Origin: Octopus vulgaris
Lineage: Eukaryota
Direction: 5' to 3'
DNA: 64,000 nucleotides
NCBI GenBank assembly: GCA_951406725.2
Contig: OX597825.1
Span: forward strand, 46,934,001 to 46,998,000
Positions 26,098 through 39,950 of this stretch are shown piece after piece. The translations under genes were made by a program, and so were the position numbers. Position 1 is the stretch's first letter. The number at the start of each line of letters is the position of its first letter. The notes under the pieces were generated by a model, which was not told the DNA's origin, did no database searches, and worked only from the letters and a program-made list of their open reading frames with translations.

Positions 26098-26514
26098 CCT
26101 ATATTAAATATTAATTAAATATCAACGTACTGTTCAGTGCAGGAAGCAAAAACCATAATACAAAGAACTTGAGAAGGAATATAGCAGAAAAATTGAATCT
26201 AGGAGATTCATTTAATCAATTTAATTAATTTAATACAGTCCTGAATTTACATTGTTATTATATCTCTGTACGAAACGATCGTCTGCAAGAATTAAACTTC
26301 GTATATTTTTTAACAACTTGTCTCCTCTATTTTAAATTAAATTGTTGAGTTTTATGGGACTTCATTCCATAAATTCGCCATATATTATATAAAAGTACTA
26401 CACACACACATATATATATATATGCATGTATGCATGTATGTCTGTATGTATGTATGTGACTATATTTGTGTGTGTGTGTGTTTGTATGTGTTTGCGTGTG
26501 CGTGTGTGTGTGTG

Positions 26515-26970
26515 CATTTTGGCGGCTATAGGATATTTGACTTTTGTTTCTTGTAATGTAAGTGCTACTCCGCACCCCAGTCCCTATTAATGACAATTGA
26601 AATTTTCCTCCTTGGTTTTATATTGCGTCTTGACGTCTTCGTTATTTTATAACTTTCACATCATTTTGCTGAAACAGCCATTCATTCATAAGGTAAATAC
26701 CACATATTGACAGCTGGGATTTAGCTTGACCATCAGCGCCGGAGTAGTCACTACTGATGAGCTAAGAGAAACTACCTAGTATAGCGACCTCGCCACTGTT
26801 GGGCAGTAATATCACCTGTCAGTGCATAGGCATGTGCTTTTTTTGCGGCTATAGTATCTTTGATTCTCGTTTCTAGCAATGTAGATTCTACCCCGCACCC
26901 ACAGTCACTATTAATGACAACTGAAAATTCCGTTTTTGGTTTTGTATTGCGTCTAGCTGCCTTCCTTATT
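26515..26970 (+). mobile_element. Retrozyme/pLTR-like partial tandem (unit ~323 bp)
   Basis: Diverged direct repeats 26515-26645 and 26838-26970 bracket the HHR. Confidence 0.68.
26747..26788 (+). ncRNA. Minimal type I hammerhead ribozyme in a partial tandem repeat
   Basis: GTCACTA-CTGATGA-gctaaga-GAAAC-tacc-ta-GTA-TAGCGAC. Stem I 6/7 bp, stem III ACTA/TAGT. Confidence 0.85.
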
Positions 26971-28445
26971 TCACACACACTCATACACACGCGTACACGC
27001 ACACGCACACATACATACACACACACAAACACACACACACATGTTATATAAAGATATAAAGCAATCTATGTTAATGTCATGGTCACGTATTTAGATCAAG
27101 TGTCATTGATATTCTTTCCAATCAATGCGGACATCATACATGTTTGTTAAAAGGAAATAGATCGATCGAAGTAACGTTGGATACTCAATTTAATAGAACT
27201 TGAAAATCCTTTGAGAAGCAAGATTCACAATGAATCAAAATAAGAAAAAAAGTTATACTGCAATTAATTGATCAAAGTTGAAGCTACAGACCTATGGAAG
27301 TATTTTATTCTTTGCATTTATGCATAATAATTGTAAATATATCTCTTATATAAATTACAACTGGTATGATTAGCAATGTGGTTATGAAGTAGAAATGTTA
27401 CTGACGATTTATTCATATATATGCACACACTTAATACAAACGTACACACAGACACTATTAGTAACGTACACTTATGTATGTATGATGAGATGTAAAGATG
27501 TATAAATCTGAATAAAACGAACATGGTGACAAATGAAAACAATAACAAAATACTAAGAGAGCAACGTTAAAAATGAGTAAATAGATCTCGGCTACGAGAT
27601 TACACTATTACGAGATTTTGGTATGGGGTGTGTTAAAATATTACGTAAACGAGAAATTAACAACAGAACCGAACTGATGGTATGGACTTACCTTTTTAAC
27701 TATTTCACTTTACCTACTCAACTTTACTTTTTCTCACTCATTTCTTCTTATATATTTTAACACTTGTCTCCCCCATTTTTAACTAAATTGATGACTTTTA
27801 TGGGACTTCATCATATATTACATACAAGTGCTACTTTCATATCTTCGCAAATTTACGCCAGTAAACTTCCAGCTAAGTATGAAGAATCAACATTAGAAAT
27901 CTTTTTTGGAAACCTCCAAATCAAAGGACGAATCCAACATTTTGCTATACCCAGCGCCTTTATACAACCTGCCTCATTAGAACAAAGAAACTCTCAAAAT
28001 AATTTATTTATTAACCATATTTTAAAGTTAGGATATTTCCATTGGCCTCTCCTACCACTTCTTTATACACAGGAGTGTCAATCACATACTACGCTTGTCA
28101 TGTCGCTCACCTTTTACTTCTCTTGTAGCAACGTCTCTCTACCGCGTTGGCTGATACTACCAAAATCATCCAAACGTAACAACGAATGGAGGAATTCAAA
28201 CAATGATTTCGTTACAACTCACTAAGAAGTCGATAACACATTTTCTCGAACACTTTGATTATTATCGTTTGAAAAAGAAAATTTTCCCCAAATTCCATAG
28301 AATCATGAAACAACCTGTGTAAGGTAATACGTCATTGTTTATATTTTTGCTTTCATATCGTATATTGATATCGTCTTACATATTTTGCTTGACTCTTCAC
28401 TGGTATTGCTCAAAGATTTTTGCAAACACATACACGTACACACGC

Positions 28446-28484
<39 letters not shown>

Positions 28485-28599
28485 AACACACACAAATGCA
28501 TGCCGCTTCTGTCTTTAATCATTTAAATTCTTCCTCTGAAGATGAAACTGGTTTCTAACAAAGATGACATCGTTGGATTATATTTTAAACCTGAGAAAG

Positions 28600-29990
28600 T
28601 ATTTTACTGTTCCGCTTACTGATTGTATTCATAATGTGCGAACCTGTTGGTTGATATCTTTTTCTGAAAATCCAAGCTTATCCAGACTGACAGTTACAAA
28701 ACCAAGTGCTCCAATTATTATTGATTTAAATGTAATTTTTTAATCCGGATATAGAAGCTGGAAGTTTCGAAGCAGTTGTCCGATTTTCAAAGAGATATTC
28801 ACACCAGCAGGACAGCTGACCTCTATGACGGTATATACTTATCTTGTTTGTCTTCAAAAACTATATTCGGCCTGTTATACTTTCACTTGACAGATGATTT
28901 GATGGGGGAATGTTCCATCAGTATTCCTTGTGCTGATATCTGTATACGCATTCAATAATAGGGGGATTCTCTATATCTATTTCAGGACAATCTTTTTCCG
29001 AATGGAATTGCATATTGTTTTTGCGACAACGTTATGACACGTAAGGAGGTAATACCATGAAAACATTTTTGAACAGCACTAGTCACATGTGTGATGTCTT
29101 CCACAGAAATATGACATAATCTACATTTTCGGTTGCATCTTGGAACAAAGCGCTTCACTGTCTCTTTTGCTTATTAGGTATTTTGTGACAATCACCTGAT
29201 TTTGGATTGCAAATGCATAACCTCCGAAGTGTCATATGATGTAGCGGTCACGAGTCCAAGAGAGGCTTTGCTTCATGTTACTATCTTCTTCAAGTCTTCA
29301 AGAATCATACCCATACATGGCCTTTTTGTTTGGAATGCTGAGAGTTTCACATCCTGGTCATATTTGAGGTCTGCTAGTCCAGATGATTCGGGGTTGTATA
29401 GGAGGTCATCAGGAGCTCACTTCCAACACGTAGGATATTGGTTTCTTCACTTTCTAGCATATACTAATATATTTATTTTTGCTGAAGTTGTTTAGCAAGT
29501 GCCATCTGAGAGAGACTATGTGACATTTGAAGGCTGTCTGCACTGATCTTAAGCCTATACCACCTTTATCTCTTCTTAGGTAGAGCCTATCGACGTCACA
29601 ACTTTTGTGGAGATTTCCAGTTGATGTTAGAACCTTGGGGATTTTAATATCCATGGAGTGAATTTCTTCTAAGAGCCAGTCAAGTATCCCAAATGCTGGA
29701 ATCAGCACTGATACTTCAAATGTATTGTGGGATATTGTAAGAGGAGAGTTCAGTTTGCTATATTTTTCTTAGTCTGGTGTAATATTCTTGGGTCACTAAA
29801 TCTTTATGCACAGTATCTTGGTAAGATATATTTTCATCAATGCCTAGGTACTTGTAGCATTCTTTGTGTAGGAGAGGAGAGACAGTGAGACCATTGATGC
29901 ACAGGTTTGGGATCTGGGGCACAGATTTCCCCGTTCAACAATCTAATAACATTTCTTCTGGCCAAATTCCTTTCCTATGTCAGCTGAAAA
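28600..29990 (-). mobile_element. Degraded R4/Dong-like RLE LINE fragment
   Basis: YKYLGIDE, CDVDRLYLRRDKGGIGL, EVICICNP-type region, CRLCH, PNI...DKQDK. Confidence 0.75.
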
Positions 29991-30553
29991 TGTTAATTTC
30001 AGTTGTATTTTTTGGCATTGTTAGCATTTTTAGTATATATCTTGAGTATGTATGTATGTATGTATGCCATTATTCAGTTTTATTTCAAGATATCTTCCCA
30101 ATAGAGAAAGGGCCGGTTTCTAACCTAGATCTAAGGCTCCGTCATTGGAATTTCAGCAACATCAACAGGGTATTTTTGTATATATGAATACATGTATATG
30201 TGCAGATTTTTATGTTTTCTTTTATGCATGCATTCTCATGCCCATCTCTGGATGTGTAGACATGCTCATATACACTTAAATGATAAACTGATCTTCAGCT
30301 CTATGTCAACATACGATGCGCAGCTGATTTCCACAGCTGTACCCAATTTCTCTTCTCAATCCCAAATCACTGTCAGGTATATTATGTTTACATTTTATTG
30401 AAGTTTTCACTGGGACATACCATCAGAACTCCTTTTTATTATGAGTGGCAATAGTTTCTACCAAACTGTGATGTTCTTATTTCTTTGTCATCGGGGTTAT
30501 CTTTCCGACGGATATCATTATACAATATCTTAGTTACAACGTCATATCTCAGC

Positions 30554-32804
30554 TCTATATCTATAAGCGGCAAAATGTATGTGTATTTGTGTCAGTGTGT
30601 CTGTGTGTCCTTTATACATGTCCACAGTTTTTCACGTAAAAGGCTCGCATTTTCTATGAGCTTTCAAAACTATCTGAGGGTGGTCGTGAAGATCTTTTCA
30701 TTTTCGCAGTCACCTCAGAAAGCCATTAAAGAAATCAATAAACCGACCCCTTATGCCCATAAGTTATGGGCATATCCATTAAAAATCGCTAAAACATAGA
30801 AATTTGTACGCGGTGCGTGCGTACAGCTAGATACGCCAATAGACAGCCAGCTGTTCTTTGACTGGACGGAGATAATTTTACCCTTGACAGTTGAATGCGC
30901 GTGCGCATTTGCAGACAGTCTTTATGACTCGGCGCATTTTTGTGTTTTGCGAAGACGCGTTATCATGTGTTTTGGCTTTCAGACGTGCACGCCTTTTCGA
31001 TTCGAAAAATGCAGGGAATAATTAACGAGTTAGACCAAGTGAATGGCAAGAGGGCGGGATTTTCATGAAAGACCAAATATGTTTGATATGCTATCATTCC
31101 TTAAGTATGCCATAAAAGAGTTGGAGCATATTCAATGAATCTATTTAGGAAGGGCTTTACTTTTATGCTTTCCATTGATTTAAGTTATCCAGCCAGAGCC
31201 CAGGATGTTTTATTCAAGTAGGATTAAAAATGAAAAACGGGTAAGTTGACCCCTCCACCACCAAGGGATTTTTATAAAAAACGTTTATTTGTTTGCATTC
31301 AGCCTAAGATCGAATCATTTCCTAACTAAACAGGGTTATCAGGATGATCCTTTTGGTGCAAGAAATCTTAATTTGATTCGAGTTAACTAAAATTACCAAT
31401 CAATCAGTGGAAACTCAATATAACTATTCCACATTTAAATTGACTGCAACCTTTTCTTTTAGTCCTAACTTGAGGTACGAATGACCTAAGATACAAAGAT
31501 TTTCTTAAGCGAAATTTCATGCTTTCGTATTTTGATATACGAGTGAAAATTGAGATGCTTATTAATTTCCAGTCGCATTTTTCCGCTCGCTAGGAAATTT
31601 GAAGACTTTGTCAGCCCTGATTATTCATTTCATTTTGTTGGTGAAGGTTTGCTATCATGGTGGTCTTTATCGATTTTCTTCAACAAAGCCGCCAAATTTG
31701 CGATGATTAATTGCCCAGTGCAGCTGCACCTCAGGGTGGGCTTAGAATCTGCAGAAGCTCAGTCAAACGCGTTAAAAAACATATGTGATGGAAAGGCGAA
31801 CATAATTTCCGAAAACAAAGAAAGGGATTTAGCACAAAATGAAGCAATCTTTATCTGTAAAAAGCCTGAGTTTTGTTCTTACCCCATTTTATAGCTAACC
31901 AAATAGAAGCACATCGGTACCTAAGACAATTCAAGGCTAGAACTTACGAGTCATACAGTGTTTCTGCACTACCTTGATTAAGTAAGAACTTTTTATTGAA
32001 ACACCGCAAATGAACAACAGGCACATGATATTAAGCTTTCAGTTAGCGAGACTGTGCACATGTCATTATCGGACAAAAAAGGAGGAAGAAAAAAGCGAAA
32101 AACTCGAATTTGACCGCACCACAGCATGATTTTGAAAATACACACAACTATTGTTTGTTAAGTTTGCATCCAGCTTGAGGTCGAATCGTTCGCTATCTAG
32201 ATATCAGGTGACAAGGGTACTCAGGTTATTACTTATGGTGTGTGAAATCTTAATTTGATTAGAGTTTGCCCATAACAATCCCTTACAGGCTTCCCCATTC
32301 AAATTGAATTACAACCGCTTTAACTTCCACATAATAAGCTCTTTAATTGCTACTGCAAATTGATTGGCTTTTCTCACTTCACAAATGCCCCATGTTTTTC
32401 TAACTTGAATCCAATTTCCACTAATTAATTATCCCGTCCATCAAACACCACAAAAAGCATTTTCCCTTATTGACACTTAGACATCCTGTGTGTGTATGTG
32501 CGTGAGCGTGGCACTGCGTATGACCTTGAACGTGTGCGTGTATGCGTGCGTACGTGTCCTGGTCAATGCTGCTGAGGGACATACGTAAACGTTTGACCTT
32601 GGACGCGCGGCCTTGGATTATCATTATCCAAAAAGATTTAATGCACTATTAAGCGTGAGAATGCATACTTTGGCGCCCAGACTCAAACGCTTTTCACAAT
32701 TACGCTTCGTAGCTCGGTTTCCGTTACTGACCGCAAGTTTTGTTCATAAAACTCCACTTTACCTATTACTTTTACTTGGGTTGCCCGGCCATATTTTTGC
32801 CTAG
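30554..32804 (+). mobile_element. Probable non-autonomous Helitron
   Basis: Starts TCtatatctataagcggcaaaatgtatgtg and ends with a degenerate hairpin gggttgcccgg plus CTAG. Confidence 0.5.
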
Positions 32805-32961
32805 CAACTCATCAATTAACACTTAAAGCATCTGCTGCAGTTTGACACCAATTTTTTGCGTAAAAATAGCCTTTTTGTGCTCGATACCAGTTCACGTTTT
32901 GATTAATGCTTCTCTTGATTAACCAAAGTATTAATTAGAGAATTTCAATAAATTGCCAAAA

Positions 32962-33283
32962 TAGCCCCAAAGAAGAGAGCCCGCATTGTAAGAAAGATGG
33001 CTGATTCAGAGGCTGAGTGCCAGAATGGCCAATGAGGCGCCCCAATGCAGAGCTACTCGATTAGATCGGAATGCCGCTGCCACGGCCAACGCAAGAGCAG
33101 CCGAAAACGCAGAACACACACAGGCCCGCCGTTCTCCAGATGCTGCGTCGACGTCCTACGTAAGGGCAGCCGAAACCGCAGAACAAATGGAGGACTGACG
33201 TTCCCGAAATGCTGCGTCGACGGCCTACGCAAGGAAAGCCGAAACCGCAGAACAAACACAAGCCCGCCGTTCTCGAGATGCAC
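32962..33283 (+). pseudogene. Helitron-like ORF N-terminus with 23-aa (STPR-like) repeats
   Basis: 69-bp tandem units translating ANEAPQCRATRLDRNAAATANAR / AAENAEHTQARRSPDAASTSYVR / AAETAEQMED*RSRNAASTAYAR / KAETAEQTQARRSRDA, preceded by PKKRARI. Confidence 0.62.
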
Positions 33284-33399
33284 TAGTACTAGTGCATCAT
33301 AGTGCCAGTCGGTAGATAATACTGTGATGACATTTTCGGACAATTGCTTATGGTATAAATGATATCTTCGGTGTTATCTTCACAAAGTCTGCATCGGTT

Positions 33400-34038
33400 A
33401 TCACATTTTACTGTTTTTCTCGCATTTCTGTTCCTTTGGCCCATCAGATATTTGGTTGATATTTTCTGTTCCTGGGTTGCAAAAGCTTACCCTTCGATGT
33501 GAAAGATAGTAATCCAGTTGTTGGTCCATGATATACTGCTGTGATGATTAATGTTGCTGTCATCTCGGAGCTTTCTTCTAACATATCCATGCATGGTCTT
33601 CTGCTCATATGCTCTCATCCTTTCATCTGATATGTTGCGGTAGAGTCATGCGACAAGGAATGCTGCTCAAGGAGCTATTTCTCAAGCCTTATGATGCTAT
33701 CACCCTCATGCATGTAAACTTGGTCAAGGGATGCACTTCGACATTTAAGCCTCTGCCGCCTTGTTTATGTTTTAGGTAGAGCAGTCTACTTCACTGTTGA
33801 TATGGAAATTATGTGTGTTGGTTAGTATTTTCCGAGTTTTCACATCAGTGACTTGGATCTCATCAAGCGTGCAATGAAGCAGCTCAAATGTTGGGATGAG
33901 TACTGGCATTGCAAACACATTGTTGACCACAGTTTTATTGAATGCAGAGAGTCCTGAGGTCCAAATTTTCTTTATTTGGCTGTAATATTCTTTAGTTACA
34001 CGTATCTTGTTACAGGTTCCATTGTAAGATATGTTTTC

Positions 34039-34040
<2 letters not shown>
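33400..34040 (-). mobile_element. Degraded R4/Dong-like LINE fragment
   Basis: KEYYSQIKKIWTSGLSAFNK...N.FAMPVL...DVKTRKILT...FHINSEVD. Confidence 0.72.
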
Positions 34041-34071
<31 letters not shown>

Positions 34072-35252
34072 TGTATGTATGTATGTATGTATGTATGTAT
34101 GCATGTATGTATGTATGTGCGTGTGAAACAACAATGACTGGCGATGAAAACTCTCCGTTTACTTACAATAATAAGGGTGGGAAGTTTAACCAAGGGGACA
34201 ACCCGATTAGAAGAAGGAGAAACACCGTTAAGGACATAAATAATTTCATCAGTATATTAATAACAACAGTTTTGTGCAGTATTAAAGCCGCTACAGGATC
34301 GAAATCGCGAATCATTGTTCAACAATCGATGGAGAGGCACTTGCATCATTCTTTGCGGTTCTATTTGCTTTATTCGTTTAACGTATTATCTATGCTAAAT
34401 TTTTCTTTCTTTCTTTCTTCCTTCCTTTCTTTCTTTCTTCCTTTTTGTCTTTCTTTCTTTATCATTTATTAATTTTTTCTCTTCATTCGTTCTTTCTCTT
34501 CATTTTTCTGTTTCTTTCCATCTCTCCTTCTTACGCACACATAGTATATGCAATGAACAATGAAAAACGCAACACATGAAGAACAAATTTTAACAAATAT
34601 GGTATTGGCTTAACACTTTAATGGGAAGTGGAAGAGCCTTAGTGTTTCGTATGTTTATCTTTCATCAGAAGAATGAGAAAGGCATAAGGAGTGTGAGAAA
34701 GAAGAATAATCAGCGAGGGACAATAAAACAGATAGAAGATTAGGAGCCAGGTGGAAATGCAGTTCTATTAGGAGAAGTTAAGAAGAGAGGAAGAATAGGT
34801 ATGCATATGCAAGTGTCGGAATGCAACCGTGTCTGGAAGTGGGCCTATAGAGAGAGTGGTGTATATGTATGGTTTTTTGGTATCTGTCTATATGTGTGTA
34901 GAAGTGTACAATTTCAGAATTATTGTGGCTAGGTTACTGAAGCTGCAAGGTGCTAGTAGGCGTATGTGTGTGTAACCGTTAGGGATGTGTGAGAAAAGTG
35001 TGGAGTAGGCGCGAGTGTGAGGCAAATGGAAAGCAAGAGGAAAGTATGAGTGTAAGACGCGTTTACACGGAAGCTTTGAAATAAAATAAGTAAAAGAGGG
35101 AGAAAAGATGCAAGTTCGTTGGGAGAAAGAGGCAAGTTTTTTAAAAATGAAAAAGACTGGTAAAAACCGAAAAAATATGTAAAAGAGAGAAAAATTGAAA
35201 ATTCTTGAGAGAAGACCAATTATTTAAAAATTAGACACACATATTTGTGTGT

Positions 35253-35325
<73 letters not shown>

Positions 35326-35975
35326 AAAAATTATTTCAGGGAAATATTTACTCTTAATAAAATCAATATTTCTATGAAACATCTTTTTAGATTCTACTTG
35401 TTTTAAGCATTTTACTTTCACTAAATCATCTGTAGCATGAGTACCTGAAGTTTTTGTCAAATATTTCAAGTAAAACGTTACTGTTCTACATCAATAACGT
35501 TTTACTTGAAATATTGAATAGGAATGTATTGCCAAATTGATTACAGGATCTGGTTTCAATTCTTGGCTATAGTAATTCCCTTTATTAATGTCGGTTTTCT
35601 TAAGTAATTTATAAGTATTCCAGCTTTCTGCATTACATGTTCTGTAAGTATAGAGAATATAAATATCTTATATCAACGGGTTTAAAAAAGCAAATACTCA
35701 GAACACTGTATTTAAATATCAGTATCATTTTTGTTATATCAAGGTTTTTGGTTTTGTTGAATTTACACCTGCCATTTCCAATCCTCTCAAAGAACCAGAG
35801 ACATCCACAACATCCAGAATACTATTAAACTACCATCTTAAAATATTGCTTCTCCTAGTCATTCCATAAAAATAAGCAAGCATAAACATTACATTAATAT
35901 TAACAACGTCGTTAATTTCACGAGCAGGTTGTTCCGATGATCAATCAACTGGATTTTTGATTTTAATCTATGAAC

Positions 35976-36040
<65 letters not shown>

Positions 36041-36045
<5 letters not shown>

Positions 36046-36304
36046 GTGAATTGAAGAAATGGAGCTGAACGCAGATTGAACAGAAATCGTTTTATTTCAT
36101 TCTACACGTGTTTCGAAAGGCACAAATTACCAAAATCCGATTGAATAATGGGACCATTTTGTTTCTTTCTCTTCAGAAAGACACAAAATGGTCCCATTAT
36201 TCAATCGGATTTTGGTAATTTGTGCCTTTCGAAACACGTGTAGAATGAAATAAAACGATTTCTGTTCAATTTGCGTTCAGCTCCATTTCTTCAATTCACC
36301 AATA
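36041..36304. repeat. 122-bp near-perfect inverted repeat (fold-back) next to (TA)n
   Basis: 36041-36162 vs 36183-36304, one mismatch seen. Confidence 0.95.
36098..36179 (-). ncRNA. Type I hammerhead ribozyme with extended stem II
   Basis: ttt-CTGAAGA-GAAAG...CTTTC-GAAAC-ACGT-GTA-gaa. Stem II gaaag/ctttc, palindromic stem III ACACGTGT. Confidence 0.78.
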
Positions 36305-37381
36305 ATGTTTTAATTTCAATTATTCGCACCAACGCACGGTTGCAACACCATATGGTTGTACCTCCAACCGTGCTGTTTACTGCTGTGATTTTTGCTACTA
36401 AGGTATCGGTTAAACTTTTGATTAATCTACTACAAGATTATTCATCTTTCTATTTCACATAATATATATATATATATATATATATGCATATATATATATG
36501 TGTGTGTGTATGTATATATGTATATGACACACACACACACATATATACAGTTAAATCGAGGAAGTTATATCCTCATTAGATATTATATAATCCAAAGTAT
36601 TCCACTGGTTTCATCCCTGTCATATAATGCGCATATATGTATGTATATATTTGAATATCTGTCTATATATACATATGTGTATACATACATACATATATAC
36701 ATACATACATATATACATACATATATACATACACACACACAAACAATCATATATAAATATATATTTATAGATAGTAAGATAGATACACAAATGAATATGC
36801 ATGTATATATATGTATATACAACTTATAAACAAGGGCAAAAGAAAATTATTTCTATGCCAATATTTTCTTTTGCCCTTGTTTATAAGTCGCTCATAATTT
36901 TAACCTTTAAAGGTATTTTAATATGTTGCCACTTTTTGATGAAATTTTTTTCTGTAATAAAAACTTCATCCTATATTAGTAGTGTATATGTATATATACT
37001 GCAGTAAAGTATTATCGGCAGCATCAGTTGTTTCGGTAATTTAACGCGCCAAAACGAGGACATTTGAAATAGTAACCACGAGTGTAACGGGTAGAACTGT
37101 TTACAAGTCTGACTTTGTGCGGACGTCCTAGTGTGTAGTCCTGCTAATTATATTCATCTGGACAGTCACACCGATGGTCTACGGACATTTATGTAAGTAA
37201 AATTACGTAATATATTAATAGTGAAACATGTATGCGAATAATCCATATTATTATTGCTTTTTCTTTTGTCTTGCTCGATTACGTTTTGGTTGTTTTGCTG
37301 AATTTTTCTTGAGAACATTTCTTAGTGGTAAGACAATAGCGGATCTATTTCTAGCATAAGGGTGCCACTTAGTGGTTTCCC

Positions 37382-37445
<64 letters not shown>

Positions 37446-39235
37446 GAACACATGTATACATAAAATATATGCTCACACAATTATTTCAATTGACATTTGT
37501 CCTGGGAGCTATAAAACGTATTGTGCAGGTCAAATGAATGTAATAATGTCGATGTCATAAATATTTGTTCATGAAACAAATGATCAAAGTATATTTTATG
37601 TATGGAGTTTACAATTAAAGTACATGTTTTTAACTGTTAAGCAGTTTTGTTATTGGTGCATTAGAGAAAATTAGGTTAAAAATCGATATGAATGTTCTAA
37701 AAGCTTTCTATCCTAATTAACTCTGCTGATGAGGATCTGAATTTCTCAATAAGTATAAACATATCTGAGACATCACAGATAAAATGATCGCTATATCTTG
37801 CATCTTGGTAGAGAACTGTTATATGTCACCTCTTGTAACATTCCCTTCAATTCATTAATTTGATATCATCTTGTCACGTGGAATATTTTTCAGCTCCGCT
37901 GATATGCGCTTTGGAATTACTTTGCAAGGTAATAATGTTATGTGTTATGTATTGATATAATTATTGATTGTTATCGAAACTTAATAGAAATTGTAAATAT
38001 TTATGGGGTCAGCGTCCAGTAATTGACATCAGTAGTGACAGCTAATATTTATGTTTATTTTGAACAACGTATAATATGAAAGCAAATAATGATAGAAGCT
38101 TTATTATATAGTGGGATATAATACTTAATATAAAAACGCAAGGCCATTTCTTAATTGTTATTAACATTTGTATTGAATTTGTATATCAGTACTATACAAA
38201 ACTTTTGTTATAAAATACAAACAAATATTTGCTCTTTAATTCTAGATTTACTCAACACTCGAAGAAATACATCACGAAGAGAGTCCTTCATCATCTTGAG
38301 AGTTTCTTTTAATGTTACACCCAACCCACAAAAAGAACCTAGTGTTTTGCAACAATACAACCCAATCATTACATAATTAGGTAAATCTTGTTTATGACTC
38401 CGCCTCGTCACTACTTAAACTGTCAAAGAAGCTACAATTTCTAGGCCTCACTGCCTATGATGATTTCTCAAGGCGACTCAACATTGATAAAACATTTTAA
38501 AACCATTACTTCAATCCTAATAGGTTGCTGTCTCTATACGAATATAAAGACCTACATTGAAGACCGGAACAGAGTTACTGTCACACACACGTACGTACAC
38601 ACACACGCGCGCGCGCGCGCGCGCCTGCGGGTACACACATATACGGGACCAAGTCTAAAAGAAAGTCATTCGATTGTTGGCAAAGATATAACCTCCAATA
38701 GGATTCGCAGTCTTCAGCTCGCAGCCATTTCCTCCTCTCTGCATATTATATCACAACAACGGCAATAGTGAGCTGTATCCACACCCGCTCATCTTTTTTG
38801 TTCTCGTTAATTTTAAGGTCTATCAGCTCCCTGATCGCCTACTTAACACTTCGAACAATTTTCCACATTAATTTTGCAGTCCACAAACACTTACTGTTCG
38901 CTAATATTTTTCTGTAAACAACTGTTCACGGCAGTTCAAACTTTACATCAACCACATCAGTCATCAGTCTTGGAGAATCCGCATTGCACCTCTTTTCCAT
39001 CCAAAATATCTTACAAGTAAATGAATAAAAAGGAAAAATAAGAAATATATCTGAGGCAATGCATCCTAACCAATTTTGATTCTTTAAAAATACCTAGTAA
39101 ATAATTAAACGAACATGGTAATAACAATTATTAATACTGTAATTATGTATTACACTTAATATTAAATAAGTTTTACCGATGGTCAATGTATACTCATCAG
39201 TTTTTCGAATATAAATTAGTGGTGGCGAGTGTATG

Positions 39236-39950
39236 TATTGGGTTGGCGAAAAAGATCTTTCACATTTTAAAGGGGAAAATAAAACAGGATATAAACATAA
39301 AGCAATTTATTCAGTCGATGATAAAATTGCCATTTAGTTTCAATATCTTCTACCATTTTGCAGGCTGATCCATTATTCCTTACTCAAAGTATTTCCTGTC
39401 TTTACTGTCGAAAAACTCTTCCAGGTGAATTTATACATCCTCCTCGGAGCTGAAGGTTTGTCCATTCAATTAATTTTGAAGAGACCGAAGCAGGTGGGAA
39501 TCTGAAGGTGCATGGTCCAAGTAACTTCTGCCAAACCCCAGTAACTTCTACATAGACATGTGAGGCCTGGAATATTCGTGATGAAAGACTCTCCTTACGA
39601 TTAGCGCTTCTGAAGTATCACCGCGTTTAATTTGTCCAGTTGGCTACAGTATACATCCGAAATGATGGTCCTGTCTGTGGAAAGAAGTATGTAAAAGAAA
39701 ACACCCTTCCAATCCCACCAAATTAAAAGAATAATCTTTTATGGGTGTTGTCAGACTTTAGATGTTGTGGTTATTTGCCGGGTTTCCTCCATGATTATTT
39801 GCGCTTCAATTTCTGTTCCTTGTTACCATTCATTTTGGAAGGGATCGTTTCCTTCAGGCATCTGCTTCCAATCGCAGATTGGTTGGGCTATGTTCTCCTT
39901 ATACAATTGATGTAGGATGCAAAAGCCGAGCCTGCTAATGTAATATTCAA
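39236..39950 (-). mobile_element. Degraded mariner fragment
   Basis: TIR-like tattgggttggc. Minus-strand motifs NDPF..MVT, IWWDWKGV, APSDSHLLRSLQN.LNGQTF. Confidence 0.78.

Larger units (their letters stand above)
25418..27970. repeat. Diverged inverted repeats (25418-25630 vs 27752-27970; partial third copy 26305-26400)
   Basis: For example tttactggcgtaaatttgcga / tcgcaaatttacgccagtaaa and gaagtcccataaaa / ttttatgggacttc. Confidence 0.75.

Noticed and set aside
33040-33283. CRISPR-like or non-coding periodic repeat
   Set aside because: Contiguous 69-bp units with coding periodicity, no unique spacers and no cas genes, in eukaryotic DNA.
37894-37928. Plus-strand micro-exon (MRFGITLQG)
   Set aside because: No compatible downstream exon was found, and it overlaps the better-supported minus-strand frame.
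39827-39931. Apparent 105-nt coding exon (LGFCILHQLYKENIAQPICDWKQMPEGNDPFQNE) with AG/GT ends
   Set aside because: Aligns by eye to mariner transposase (SRLDVWVPHEL...ICD...NDPFLKRMVTG) and is continuous with the adjacent mariner relic.
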